DNA of 64,000 nucleotides from Chlorokybus atmophyticus (GCA_009103225.1 RHPI01000260.1:506203-570202), one strand, 5' to 3'; numbered from the stretch's first letter, positions 1 through 13,297 are shown. Notes: generated by a model from the letters alone, not told the origin. Numbers and translations are program-made.

Positions 1-24
1 TTCAAGTAGAGAGGAGTGATGGTG

Positions 25-59
<35 letters not shown>

Positions 60-74
60 GGCATCAGCGCACAG

Positions 75-3000
75 TGGCTCAACCTGCCTGGCGCATCTGG
101 ACACGCCCCCACACCAAGAAGGTACAACAACAACATCATCATCAGCAACAACAACAGTTACAGCAAGATAATCAGTCCCATCTACTGTGCAGTGGTCATT
201 GTGCGGCGTCGGTGGCAGCCGTGGTGCCCAACACATGGCGCGTATACCTATTCGGTGGCCGCGCCATGTCCACCAGTAACTCCTCCAACACCCAACACGA
301 CAACCAACATGCCGCCCTCACCAACGACGTGTTCTGCCTTAAGCTGACTCTCCAACAACATCAACAGCAACAGCAGGCGACCTTTGCGCTGGAGTGGCAA
401 CGACTCGCGTGCGGGGGAGCCGTGCCGCCGGGGTGCGAGGGAGCTGCGATGAACGCTGTGGGACACAAGGTGTGTGTGTGTGTGTGTGCGCGCGTAACAA
501 CACGCATGCCTGCATACCAAACTCCATCCTTGTCTTAGTGACAATGTTGAGGGTGGTGATGATGGTGATGTGTGCACAGTTGGTTGTGGTGAACGGGTGG
601 GTTGGGACGGAGGCCGCTCCGTGGGTGCGTTCCTGTTACATCCTCGATACGAAGACCAACAAGTGGGTCGGGCTCGCCCTCCCCACCAACCACCCAAGGT
701 GAGAAACCAACTCGCATGTATACATTGTGTGCGACACATACCCACATACCAACGCAGACATTGCCTACAGTGCGCGTGTCGGTCACGCCATGGCACTCGT
801 GGACTACTCCAAGTCTTCTCCCTTACACGCCCGCCTGGTCCGCACCAACACTAACCACCACTCGGAGGAAGTCCTCACCCTCAACACGACCCTCACTCTA
901 ACCGCGGGCGAAGAGTGCGTGTTACGCCTCCAACTGTTGGACAAACACAACGCACCCGCCCAGCGTTGCCCCGCGCACGTGTACCCGACACTCAACCCGA
1001 GCGATACGCGTGTTGGTGGCGTGAGCCAAGCTATTCCCATCAGGAGGGAGAGCGCGTGCGTGTTCACCCTCATCGTGCGTGTCCCAATTGTTGGGACATA
1101 CACACTCACTGTTGTTGGGGATGACAATGTGGTCTTCCCCAATGCGGGTGTTGTTGTGCGTGTCAACCCGGGACCGACGCACCCGCCGGCGTGCGCGGCG
1201 ATCGGCGTGGGACTCGTGAGGTGCGTCGCGGGAGGCGTGGCGAGATTCGCTATTGTGGCTAGAGACGCCTTTGGAAACTTGAGGGTAAGGTGGTGTACGT
1301 GTGCGTGTGCGTGCGCGCGTGCGTGCATGTGCGCACAAGTGCAAGCAGGTGTGTGCGCGTATATGCGTGCGTGCGTATGTGTGTGTGTGTGCGTATGTGC
1401 GCGTGCGTGCGTGTGTGCTTGCGCGTGGGTCTGCGCATGTGCGACCGTACGTACGTGCTCGCATGCGTCCGTGTGCGTGTCTGCGTATGGGATTTGCTTC
1501 TCTACCACGCCCGTCACAACTTGCAACAACAACAACAACAAACCCTCTCGCCACCCTTCCCAGGCCACCGGCGGCGATACCGTGGAGGCCCACATCCGCC
1601 CCTCCTCCTCCTCCTCCTCCTCCTCCTCCTCTTCATCCTGGGACCCCCTCCTCCTCAACGACTCCCTCACCGGCTCCTACACCTGCTCCTTCTCCCTCTC
1701 ACTCTCCACCCCTCACCTCCTCCGCATACTGATCAACCACCAGCCCCTCCTGGCCTCACCATACACACTCACAGTCACACCCGCCGCTACAGCACCTGAA
1801 AGGTGTACGGCGAGTGGGAGTGGGTTGGGTGGGGTGGTGAGGGCTGGGGAGGAGGGGAGGGTGAGTGTGAGGGTGAGGGATGGGAGGGGGAATGAGAGGG
1901 GGGAGGGAGGGGATACGGTGAAGATGGAGATAAGGGTGAGTTTGGGTGGGTGGATGGGTGGATGGGTGGGGGTGGGGGATGGAGTGCATGTATCTGATGG
2001 TGGTCTTGTGGGTGTAGACGCCGGATGGGAGACATGTGATGCATGGAGCGAGCGTGGATAATGGGAACGGCACGTATACGCTGTCTTATCGGTACGTGCC
2101 TTGCGGGGTGTTGGCTGCTGCATGTGGTCATCTTAGTGCAGTATGAGTGACTCATTGCCTCTACACACAAAACATATCTCTCCTCCAGAGTCGAAAAGGC
2201 TGGCCCATATTGCGTCCACATCCTCGTCATCGACAGCGACGGCGAGCACCACATCTCCGGCAGTCCCTTCGACATCCTCATCGTTGCCAGCGACATCTTC
2301 GTTCCCAACTGCACTCTCACCTTTCACTCCTCCACCCCACTCACCAACAACAACAACAACACTCTCAACATCACCGCGGGTGAAACAACCGCATTCACTA
2401 TCACACCAAAGGACACGTATGACAATGTTGTGTCATCTAGTGAAGCACGTGTGAAGGCAAAGTTGGTGAGTCGAGTCGAAGGCGGGTCCACATTGCCGGT
2501 GGAGTTGATTGATTGTAAGGGGAATTGTAGAGTGACTCGGGCCGGCGTGTACACGTTGAGTGTGGTCGGGTATGCTGCCGGTGAGTTGATAGTTGGTACT
2601 CGCGGGAGGCGTGCGCCGGGTACGTGGGTGAATGTTGGGGGTGAGGGACACACACACACCATCAATGTGGTGCCCAGTGTTGCCGACGCCGACGGGAGCG
2701 TTGCCACGGGTGACGGGCTCTACGGCGTGAGCGTGCAAAGCAACACTACAAGTTTTACCATACACGCGCGGGACAAGTACTCCAATTCAACATGTGCGGG
2801 AGGAGACCCCTTCAAAGTAAGCGTGAAGGCCGGGTGGGAGGTTGACGTGGACGTGTCAGACAACAATGACGGCACGTATACGGCCACGTATGTCGCGGGA
2901 GAGGAAAAGGAGTATCAGGGATCAACTAGCTATACTGTTAGCGTGACTCTCCATGGCAAACACATCATCGGGAGGTACAATCTTACAACATGTTGCTTGT

Positions 3001-3808
3001 TGGCTTTGTCGTGTGCGTGTACAAGAGAATCATAGTGGTATGTGTGCACACAGCCCGTGGATCAATGCGGTGAGGCCCATACCGACAGCTCCGCAGATGT
3101 GTGAAGTCACTGGCCTGCGTGAGACAATCACGGCGGGCACTGCCCACGAGTTCACGCTGCAGGTGTGTCTAGCTGTTAGTGGACTAGCAGCTAACATCAA
3201 CAGTCCTGTGCTCAGCTTGTGTGTTTGTGCGCACGGGCACACGTGCGTCTGTGTGCTCGCGTAGCCGTGTGTGGTTGTGCGTGTGCATGTATACATGTGC
3301 CTGTGTGTGTAGGCCAGGGACTCAGGGGGACGCGCAAAAGCGCACGGCATGGACCGTGTGACCGTTGAGTTTCGCGGTGACGGGTCATCTGCGCCAGACT
3401 TCGAGTCCATGTGGCACGAGGTTCGCGACCTTCGCGACGGCACGTACCTCATCCGCGTTGGTGCGTCCACACCAACAGCATACTTCCGTTGCCTGATGGC
3501 CGTGCTCGTAGAGAACACGCACGTCGCCAACTCGCCGTTCACGGTCACGATATCGCCGCCGGGGTTGTTTAATCTGGGGCTGTGGAGGACGCTGCCGGGA
3601 TTGGTGGACGAGAGAGCAGTGGAGGGGTATGTAGCGCACGGGAGAGCACTCACGTGTTGCGTGGCGGGAGAGAGGGCCGCGTTCGACGTGTTGTGCAAGG
3701 TGGGTCTTGTGTGGGTTGGGTTGGGTTAGGTTGATGTACGGGGCTGATGTATGTGGGTGTAGGGTGTTTGGTCACACACACACACACACACACACACACT
3801 TGTTTGGT

Positions 3809-3840
<32 letters not shown>

Positions 3841-4645
3841 TGTGTGTCATACATGTGGTGCTGACATGTTGTTGTGTGCAAGAGCGTGAAGGCGGCGAAC
3901 AACAAGCCTCCCGGCTCGGCTTTCACGCTCGAGTTGCGTGGCCCTCAATATGTGTTGGGTGAGGTTGAGGGCCCGGACGACGAGGGCCATTACATTGGTA
4001 GGTATGTATGTACGTCGGCGGGTCGCTACGTTGCCACAATCCGCCTCGGCCGCTTCACCTTGCAAGGGTGTCCTTTCAACGTGAGCGTTGTACCCGATGA
4101 GACCCACCCGTCCTCGTGTTACGTGCTCGGCGAGGGCGCGACACATTGCGTAGCGGGTGCCGAGGCTGAGCTGCGTGTGCACACGTGCGACATGCACAAC
4201 AACCGCACGCATAGGCCTTCCAACATCGTGCGTGCCGCCATGGTTGGCGGCGGGGCCACCGGCAATATTAAATACAAGAAGTACAAGTTTCATGGGCATA
4301 GTGTGGAGGCGAATGTGCTTCCTGAGGGAGAAGGCGTGTTCCTCGTGAGGTACAATGCACCTGTGGCGGGTGCTTACTCACTCACAATCACGCTTGCGGC
4401 CGATGTACATTCGGACTTTATTCCTATCAATGGCAGCCCGTTCCAAATAACTGCAAGGCCAACACCAAAGGTGCACAGCTGCAATGTTCATGCCATCACA
4501 TGCAAGCAGGCACACATGTTTACTCGCTGATGCAGGTTGAGTACGTGCATCCAACTGGCATAGACACATTTGAAATGCAAAGACAGGGTGAGATAGAAGC
4601 CCTCAGAACCGCTACAGGTACGTACAGAGCCTACACTCGTGTCAC

Positions 4646-4695
<50 letters not shown>

Positions 4696-4946
4696 CTCAC
4701 CCTCACCTCCTCCATACAGGTGCAGCCGTGAGTGCTGTCAAAGTTCAAAAGGCCAGCCTGCCCTACTTCCTGCGGCCCAAAAACAAGTTGACAAGGATGC
4801 CATCAACAAAGAATGAAGCGGGTATTGCTGCTGAGAAGGAAGCGAAAGAGGGACCGGCGGTGCTGTTCGCGCTCGGACTGTTTGGATCGGATCGGCTGAA
4901 ACCGAGCATACCGAGACACTTGCAATACGCAGGCATCACAGCATAG
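75..4946 (+). CDS. Multi-exon Kelch-repeat + filamin/ABP280 (Ig-like) repeat protein, 5'-truncated by the window edge
   Basis: Kelch-like motifs (RVYLFGGR, VVVNGW...YILDTKTNKW) are followed by many filamin-type units (e.g. GLVRCVAGGVARFAIVARDAFGNLR, SVDNGNGTYTLSY, FTIHARDKYSN...GGDPFKVSV...VSDNNDGTYTATY, INGSPFQITARP). The junctions I checked splice in frame with GT-AG introns (e.g. the exons joining IR|TPDG and SYR|VEKAG). The first exon starts after an AG at 73-74. Putative stop at 4946, with TGTAA near 4983. Confidence 0.8.
3775..3846. repeat. Duplicated intronic (CA)n microsatellite block
   Basis: Two CA runs, each preceded by 'gtttggt', lie in a filamin-gene intron. Similar (CA)n/(TG)n tracts occur at about 469-490, 1300-1480 and 4646-4692. 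Confidence 0.85.
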
Positions 4947-5123
4947 CGTGTGTACAGACTTTTCACCACAGTTGCAATAAGGTGTAACCAAGGTGTATAG
5001 CAGCAGCAAGAACATGCGCATATGGGTACATTGTGCATGGCCAGCAGTAGCAGGCGTGTTGCGTTGGCGACATAGCAATGCGTTTGAGGTTCGAGTTCAG
5101 CAAACACTTGTGGTGGCATGTCG

Positions 5124-6478
5124 TCAGCTTGTGCGTTTGCAATGTATTCTTTGGAACTCTAACCGGAATGGTCCCGGCGGTTGCACCGTGAGATCTCCGT
5201 AGCCTCCCGTTAGAACAATTCCTAAACTCAGCACCCGGGCACGCTCCATCGCATTCGCGGGCATCTCCGGCACCACGCGGCCTTTCCAAGTCAACAGAAA
5301 CTGCTGGAGGGGCAACTGCACCGCAGTCCACACAACAGTAAGCAGAATAGACTCAAACAATGCGTTGTGCATAACCATGAGATGAGTGTCAAGTACCTCA
5401 ACATCTGTCCACTTGTCCTTGACGGCGGGTATAGGTGCCTGCCATATGTCCAGCGGCTCTCCAGGAGGAGTCACCCAATTGTCTGTCCTGATCTGAGAGG
5501 GACACACAACACTATGATGATGACAGAAAGCTACTGCTGGCCACAGCAATAAGTGCATGTGCATGTGCGTGTCTCTTGCCATGTACATTAGCTAAGTATA
5601 TGCGGCCGTCTCCTTTTACACGCATGCAAAGCGTGTCAAAGTCCTCCAGGTCCAAGTATCTCTCACCCGGTCTCAACTGTTGCCAATGACACCACGAATC
5701 AGTGCCAAATGCAATGAAGTGACTTTAACTATACAAGCGCACATTGCCACCCACCTTTGATCGCACGCCGCAGTAGCCTCCTCGCTGCAGCCTCCCGCCT
5801 CCCGCCGCCAACTCTGAAGACAACACGCCCTGAAACACGGCTGAGGGGATGTGACATGCAGCACTGCATAGTCTCGTGGCTTAACAAGAATGAGTTATTG
5901 GAACCATACGCATGTGCACACATCTACCAGAACCACCTCTCACACCTGTGCCGGGTGGATCTTCGGCCATCGTCATAGTTGATGAGGAGCAGCCTGAAGC
6001 GCAAACAACAATGAATCTACTCAACATTGTCGCACAAATTTGCTTGCAACGAGCAAGCCTTTCCCTATCCCTAACAGAATGCTTCGCACATGTGGACCAC
6101 AAGCAGCATGCACTGTTCAAAGACATCGGCATTCAAGCACTGAGTGGAGCAGTGCACACTTTCATGCTGATGTCGTCAGCATGGAAGACAGCAAACAAAA
6201 ATTGATGGCACCACCTACCTCCATGGTCCGCATCCTGGAAAGTCTCCCACACGCGCAAGTCTGCAGGAGAGGAGAAGCGGAACAGCTCCTTCTCCAATGC
6301 AGGCGCCTCCAGTGCTGTGTACACACGAGCATCAGTGTGTTCAGCAGTGTATTTATGTAGCCCAGATTGTCTGTAACACATCGAACACGTTGCTTGTGTG
6401 GGCGCCACCACCCTCACCTTGCTTTGCGCCCTGCACCACCCGCTGCCAAGCACCCGCAAGTGCCCGCCCGACCACCAT
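5124..6478 (-). CDS. NDUFAF1: Mitochondrial complex I intermediate-associated protein 30 (CIA30)
   Basis: Spliced exons give MVVGRALAGAWQRVVQGAKQ...ALEKELFRFSSPADLRVWETFQDADHGG...GVLSSELAAGGGRLQRGGYCGVRSK...IRTDNWVTPPGEPLDIWQAPIPAVKDKWTDVEV|PLQQFLLTWKGRVV...GPFRLEFQRIHCKRTS*. These motifs are colinear with plant CIA30 as I recall it (KFHSKEDLKKW, SGFCGMRSK, YTENWV, YLPTWRG). Confidence 0.85.
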
Positions 6479-6896
6479 CACCGGCCTGGTCCTCCTTCCT
6501 CGTCTCCTCTCCACCCCCACCTGCTCCGCCCCCACTTCCTCCTCCGCCTCCTGCTCCACCCCCTCGCCTTCGCGTCTCGCACCGCCGCCGCCGCCTGCCT
6601 TCCCCAGACGCTGACCTACTGCGCCAACCCTGCGCAATTGAACCTGGTTGTGGTGGTTACAGGCGGCGGCGGCGGCCGGGGGAAGGGCGGCGGGGCTCCT
6701 GGAGGGGGAGGACGTTGAGGAAAACAGGGGGAGGTAGCCGTGGTGTTGCTGCTCCGCCAGGCGGGTGGCCACATGGTGTGATGGCTGCTAGGCCGTTGAG
6801 CTGAGGAGGGGGGGGGGGTTGGCCTGGCCAGGCTTGCGCTTGGGGGCTGGCGGGTTGATTGTGGGCAAGGGGCCAGGCCAGGCCAGGCTAGGCAGG

Positions 6897-8851
6897 ATGG
6901 GCCGATGGGTGTCGGAGGCGGCACTGCGTGGCCTGGACAAGTACAAGTACAGCTCAGTTGACACGGTGAGCCTGCTTTTCAAACGACTGACTCTGTCTTG
7001 CTGGTTGCCGTTAAAGTACCCCAAAACCGATTTCTAGGGTGCAGTTGCTTGTTAGCTTGATTAATCCCCTAGTCATTAACTTCACTAACCTTACTTGACT
7101 GGCTGCAACTCACATGGCTTGCATGCAGCAACACCATGCAATGACAATATGGCAACGCAGTAAAAGACGTGTTTGTTTTTTTTGTGTATATGTTGCCTGG
7201 CATGTATGTTACGTGCATGGCAGTTGCATTGCAATGCAGTTGTGGGCTTGAGTACTGTGACTGTCCGCTGCTAGCAATTCTTGTCTACATCGATTGCGTG
7301 TGTTACGTGCATGCGCCGTAATCTCCGACATTACTTATCCTTGCAAACCCCAAGGGTACTCTGCTGAGCAAGCCTCAAGTGTGTTTTCTTGGCGACTGCA
7401 CTTGTAGTTAGGCATGGCTTTCATTTCTCAATTCTCTCCCCTCCTCTCCTGGCTTCAGAACCCGCTGTCGGTTTACATCATGCACCCTTTTTGGGACTGG
7501 TTCGTTCGCCAGCTGCCGATGTGGCTCGCTGCCAACACGATGACGGTGGTTGGCTTCGCGCTCAGCACGGCACTGCTGGGTGTGATGTGGCTTGGGGACC
7601 CCTCCTTAAGCTGCGAAGCCGCCATCAAGGCGCCGCGTTGGGTGTGGCTTTTCGCGACGTTTGCGCAGTTTGCTTCACATACGCTCGATGGTGCGGATGG
7701 CAAACAGGCGCGCAGGACGGGAAGCTCCACGCCGTTGGGAGAGCTTGTTGATCATGGCCTTGACAGCATGGCGTGCACGGCGCAGTTCCTGTCCATTATT
7801 ACACCGCTTTGTGCCACGCGCGTGCTGTCACGCTGGCACTTGTACTACCTACTCATTGGCGTGCAGTCTTCATTCTTCCTCACCCATTGGGAGAAGTACA
7901 GCACAGGTGACCAGTGATTACCAGCATTGCATACATCACTGGAGTGTGTGGTGTGTGTGCGCGCACGCATGTGTGTGTATGTGTGCGCGCGCGGTGGCAC
8001 GTGCACTCACACATTCACGTATTTTACATGCATGTGTTTGTGACAAACATCCTTGTGCGCAGGGCGTATGTTTCTGCCTTGGGCGTACGACTCCAGCCAG
8101 ATTACCATGACGCTGGTGTACTTGTTGACATATGCTTATGGCCCCGACTTGTGGTCGAAGCCAATGCCAGTGTTGGGCGTCACGTCTGTAACGTTGTTTG
8201 TGGTGATGACGGCGCTGTTCAACCTGGCGCAACCTCTTATCAGCCTGAGGGCTGTCATGGCTGTGCAACCCCGCAATTGCTCAAACGCCGAGTCAACAAT
8301 GCTGCTGCTGCCCCTGCTCGTCACGTATGTGGGCTTTGGGTTGTGGTGGCTTGTAGCCGCGGAGGACATTCTTGCCACACGCACGCGGCTGCTGTTCACT
8401 CTCGTGGGCATCGTGTTCTCAAACTTAACGGTGCGTATCGTGGAACATGCTGACCTTTTCTCCACGTACCATGTCACATGACTGCTGTAACATGCAATCA
8501 TGCACACACAGGCTCGGCTCATTGTGAGTCAGATGACGTCGCAAAAGCACGAGAACTTCAACTGGATGGTGGCGCTGCTGCCAGTGGTTGTGCTTTGTTC
8601 ATATCTGCGGCTGGTTCCCGATACATGGCTAATGTTGCTGTACGGGAGCTTCTGCCTGCTGCTTCATGTGGCATACGGCATGGGTGTGGTAAGTTGCCAG
8701 CTCAAGTACTGTGTTCCTGCTCCACAAGAGGATCAGTATCGATTTTACTATTGATATTGACCTGTTGCAGGTGCGAGACATTTGCAATCACATGGGTATT
8801 TATTTCTTTCTTGTGCACAAACGGCCCGCGAAAGTCAAGAGAGCTGAGTGA
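6897..8851 (+). CDS. AAPT1: CDP-alcohol phosphotransferase: choline/ethanolamine (aminoalcohol) phosphotransferase
   Basis: N-terminus MGRWVSEAALRGLDKYKYSSVDT, then the family signature LDGADGKQARRTGSSTPLGELVDHGLDS, HWEKYST, several TM segments, and a last exon VRDICNHMGIYFFLVHKRPAKVKRAE* (TGA 8849-8851) followed by TGTAA. Transcribed divergently from CIA30, with about 420 bp between the start codons. Confidence 0.9.
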
Positions 8852-9547
8852 CTTTTGTTTCATCTGGTTATGCTCTTGTAATCAACAAGCTGCATGGCGC
8901 ACCAAGCAAGGTCACTGAGTAATGGGGCAGTGGACCTGTTCTGTCGCCTGCCACACAACAGCACGGCATGCCTTTGGTACACAAGTAACCCCAGCATGCA
9001 ACACATGTTGCGAGCGAGTTGCTGCGGAACCAAAATGCCTCCATGCAGCATGCCAGCTTGTTTGCAGGCAGCCTGCAAGCAAGTGCAGTTGCAGACCAGA
9101 GTCAGGGGTACAGAACCCCCAACCTGTGTTTGCATGATGTCAGTGTTGTCATCTGTGGGAATGGCAAATGGCAAGCCAAGTCGCCTGCAGAACCTTGCTT
9201 TAATTATAACAGCATCAGTGCAGCTTTGACTGCACAGTTGCCCTGTGCACATGATGAGATTGCTTAAACCGCTTGACACCAGCAGCAGCAGGTTGATACC
9301 GCTGCAATCACCGTCTTGTTCTGTCTGAATTGTATAATATAGTATGCAAGGATTGTGTGCAAAAGCATTATGACAGCACTGGGACAGCTGAGACTGGTGA
9401 TTGCAATCACATTGCAGCAACAAAGCTTTCTTTGCTTCTGCGCGTACATGCACGACATGCCAGCAGCTAAATCAATTCCCAGTGGAATGGTTGAAACAAA
9501 CAGAAGTGCCAGTCTACAGCGAATGCCTTGTGTACAACCTCTGTGCT

Positions 9548-10775
9548 TCAAGCTTTGCCCCCTGTTTGAGCCGCAACCTCCTCTGCAAGGTTGCTCACCT
9601 TCTTTTCAATGCCTTCACCCAGGACATACCGCGTGAAGCGTCGCACCTGTATCAGACTTGCATCGTACCACTGTGCACTTTAACAACGCAATTTGCTCAA
9701 GTGTATGCAAGCGAATGGAAATCTTACCTGGATATTCTCACCAAGCTCGGCAACAACCTGCTTAACGTACTCAGCGACGCTGATGCTGTTGTCGCGGATG
9801 TATTGCTGCTCTAGGAGGGACACTTCAGCTGCGCGCTTGGAAAGGCGGCCCTCGACGATCTTCGCACGGATCTCCTCCTTCTTGCTGGCGAGGTCCTCCT
9901 TGGCCATCTCCATCTCACGCTCGGACTCGATGAAGTCCTGCGGGACATCCTCTTTCTTGACATAGCGCACGGCGGGGCAGGCGGCCACCTGCATGGCGAT
10001 GTTCTTCACGAGCTCCTGGAACTTGGGATTGCGCGCGACAAAATCGGTCTCACAGTTGACCTCCACAATCACGCCAAGCTGCGCGCCCGCATGGATGTAG
10101 CTGCCGATGAGACCCTCTGAGGCAATGCGTCCCGCCTTCTTGTCCGCACCAGCAAGACCCTTCTTGCGCAGGTACGCGGTGGCGGCTTCCAGGTCTCCGT
10201 TATTCTCCACCAGCGCCTTTTTGCAGTCCATCATGCCCGCACCTGTGGCCTCGCGCAGCTCCTTCACTACCTTTGCAGACACTTCTCCTGCATTTGTACA
10301 GACATTACAACTGCAAGCAATGCATGTGTAATGTGAATGTACGACACAGACGCGTCCATACTGGTCACCTGTGGCGTTGGCGGCCTGTGCTCTGCAAATG
10401 AGGCGCGATGCATTGTGTGGCTGCTTGTGCACGACCTGAGCTCGGTTGAGTGAAGCTTTTTGACTGCCGCTCAGCCTGGACATCATGGTAAGAAATTACC
10501 AACACAATAGGTCATGGCATGCGACCAGTCTTAGTAGCAGCAACAATGCAAAGTGCACTAGGTTTCAAGCACCAATCCTTCAACCACAACAAGGTGCATG
10601 CAGGCGGCACACGCATGAAAGGCATGGCATGGTCTAGCACAGTCTAATATAGCCATATTAGGCAGCTCGCCAAGCTTTTTTGAAGCTCTGCATTGCTGCA
10701 TTCTTACCAGCTGGTGCGCTGTGTGGCTTGCGACGTCTTTGAGGTGGACAGAGGCAGGAGCAGCGCTGACGCCAT
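9548..10775 (-). CDS. tsf: Plastid-type translation elongation factor Ts, single domain, with transit peptide
   Basis: Four exons: [22 protein letters not shown]|[10 protein letters not shown]...[12 protein letters not shown]|[26 protein letters not shown]...[12 protein letters not shown]...ELGENIQ|[32 protein letters not shown]. It has the NCETDFVA motif and the short cyanobacterial-type architecture. Confidence 0.92.
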
Positions 10776-11021
10776 AGCGTATGGTCAACGAGTGCAGCTA
10801 CAGCAGCTAATGTAGCCCAGAGTTTCGTTCAAAACGAATCCGTGCTCAGACACAACCACAGCAACACCGCCGCCGCCGACGCTGCCGTCAGATCCCTGAT
10901 GAACTCTATGGCAACCCTAGCTAGGGAACGAATGGATTCCACCGACCATGCTCATCCATAATCTGGATGAGCACGGACTTATCCTCATGAGCCCACGTCG
11001 GTATTCCGTGCACCACGGGCG

Positions 11022-11030
11022 TTAGGGTTT
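11022..11030 (-). promoter_or_regulatory. Telo-box-like motif (AAACCCTAA) upstream of tsf
   Basis: TTAGGGTTT lies about 250 bp upstream of the tsf ATG, with a site-II-like TGGGCT about 30 bp away (10990-10996). AAACCCTA also occurs at 18827 and, reversed, at 37692, upstream of other genes. Function is inferred only. Confidence 0.35.
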
Positions 11031-13042
11031 CGGGCTGAGACTTTTTGGCTGGCTTCCTGTGGCATTTCATGACACAACCCGTGGCCATCCAGCAATGCAT
11101 TTTGGTAACTTGTTGTTCAACAATCGGTATGCGAAGTTAAGCCAACCAAAACCGGTTTTACGTACGTCATTTAAACCCTACACTTTATTTTATGCGGAAA
11201 GTCTCAACATTCTTATCGCTATTCAGTCATCAATTCTATGAGTTATAATTGACAAGTAAGTTTAATGAAAAAAGAATCTTGCATAACGCTATATTGATCA
11301 AGACTCGGATTTTGTAATGTATTTAAAGTACATGTTGATGTTGACCAAAGGAAGGGATGAGAATAGCAATGTTTGATATATGCACTCATACAATGTTTTT
11401 TATTTTATCATGGAAAAGGAAAAGTATAAGATTAATTGCACACGTTGTTAATGATAATAACTTGCTTTAACAGCATATGCTTTTGATTCAACCTGATACT
11501 CTTGAAACGTATCATTGTGCTGCAAATACTTGATGTGCATGTAGTAATTAAATTGCAAAAACAGAGCTTTATTGTGTTAACACAACTTTTGATGAACAAT
11601 TCGTAATGTCACAATAACATAAGTGGCAATTTCATTTATCAGTATGTATTGATAAGTTGCGACTTACGTTATGACGTTACAAATAATGCATAACACACAT
11701 TATGCTTTATTGAAACATGCTCATTTGTAAATCATACTGATATACACATAATGGCTACCATCAAATGTTGGTAAATATTTTAAGGTATTACAATGCGCTT
11801 TGAAGTATTCATATAACTGAACATTTGCTTCATGCATGATTACATGCATTGGCACTTTATATAATTGTACATTGTACATTGGTAAAACGCAATGATATAC
11901 ACATGATGATAGCTACCATGATGGCTATCGTCATGTTTAACATAATTTTAATGTATTGGATTGCGCTTTGAACCATACATAATTTTTATACAATTGCTTT
12001 ATGAATGATTACATGCATGTGTAACTTTGCAGCCTGCCAATATGCACGCAAATTACAACTACTACGGAATCTTTTCATGCGAATTATGAGTTTTTATATA
12101 TAATATAAGCGCTTTTATACAATTCATATGTTTGCGCATGCACACATGTATGCAGTATATGCCGTTGCTATCATCTTTTATGCAATGATTTATGCATTAT
12201 GTGATGTGCAATATGTTACATGACATACAAAAAAGATCGATAAACGATGTTAATCAAACTTACATAACTTTTGCCGCTTATTGTATTTTTTAAGTATTCA
12301 TGTCTATGACCAATGCATGTTCATTGTAAAAATGAAATACATTTGCGTATATACAATAATGCGTTTACGTGATACGCTTTATTGCGTACATGCAAATGAT
12401 GTTTTGATTGTTTGATTATCGCGCGCGTCTGATACTTTTGCCATTATACAGGTGTGTAACTCTTAATCAAGGCATTTGTGTATTCATTACATGGGAAGCA
12501 CTAGCAAATTTGTAGTGGTGATTAAAGTTTAATATCAAGCTCAAGTATGTCTTTAATGCCACGCGGCGAGGAGCTCTCCTTGAGGGGATTTAACCACTTG
12601 AAGCTACATGTCATGCTTATAAAATAAATGCATATTTATAAATGTTGTATGAATACAACACGTAATTGTGACGTTGATAGCGCCTTTGGCCATTGCATTA
12701 TATGGTCGCATTGCCCCAGTAGCGTCTTTGGTCAAACTCGCAATCGTGGATGAGCGAACCACCGCATATGAAAGACGGTAAGTAGCATTCAAACTTTGAA
12801 CGGTAGCTTGGTAAACATCACTTTTATTACAATGGCGCTCAGCATCAGGTTGTCTCTCGAATAGATGTCGCAATCTCATGCAGTATACAACACCTGACTA
12901 TGTGTTATGACAAATGCACAATATTAGCAACAATTTATGAACTTTAAGTTCTGTTTCATATAACAAGTTGTTAAGTGAAACAGCTGTGCAAGTTGTGATG
13001 CCATAACCTTTTTTGTGTGCAATAATAATGTATTCAAGCCTC

Positions 13043-13125
13043 ACGGCTATGAGCTTTATGACATGCATGCATGAGCAAGTCAGTATAGCTTTGCTTGCTT
13101 GAAACAACGACAAGCATAATATATT

Positions 13126-13171
<46 letters not shown>

Positions 13172-13297
13172 GAGAGGGAGAGAGAAAGACGGGGAGACTT
13201 ACGGCTATGAGCTTTATGACATGCATGCATGAGCAAGTCAGTATAATTTGCTTGCTTGAAACAACGACAAGCATAATAAATTGCGCGCGCGCGCGCA

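Noticed and set aside
804-1799. Several long antisense/alternative-frame ORFs rich in HT/CV/RA dipeptides (also at 22483-24973 and 59175-60257)
   Set aside because: Produced by stop-poor (TG)n/(CGTG)n intronic microsatellites and GC-rich coding sequence on the opposite strand.
8849-8880. Possible selenocysteine read-through of the AAPT/EPT TGA, by analogy to vertebrate SELENOI
   Set aside because: The TGA sits where plant AAPT proteins end, read-through adds only a short non-conserved tail, and no convincing SECIS was seen.
12604-12879. 91-aa minus-strand ORF in the AT-rich island
   Set aside because: No recognisable motif in any frame, no clear splice context.
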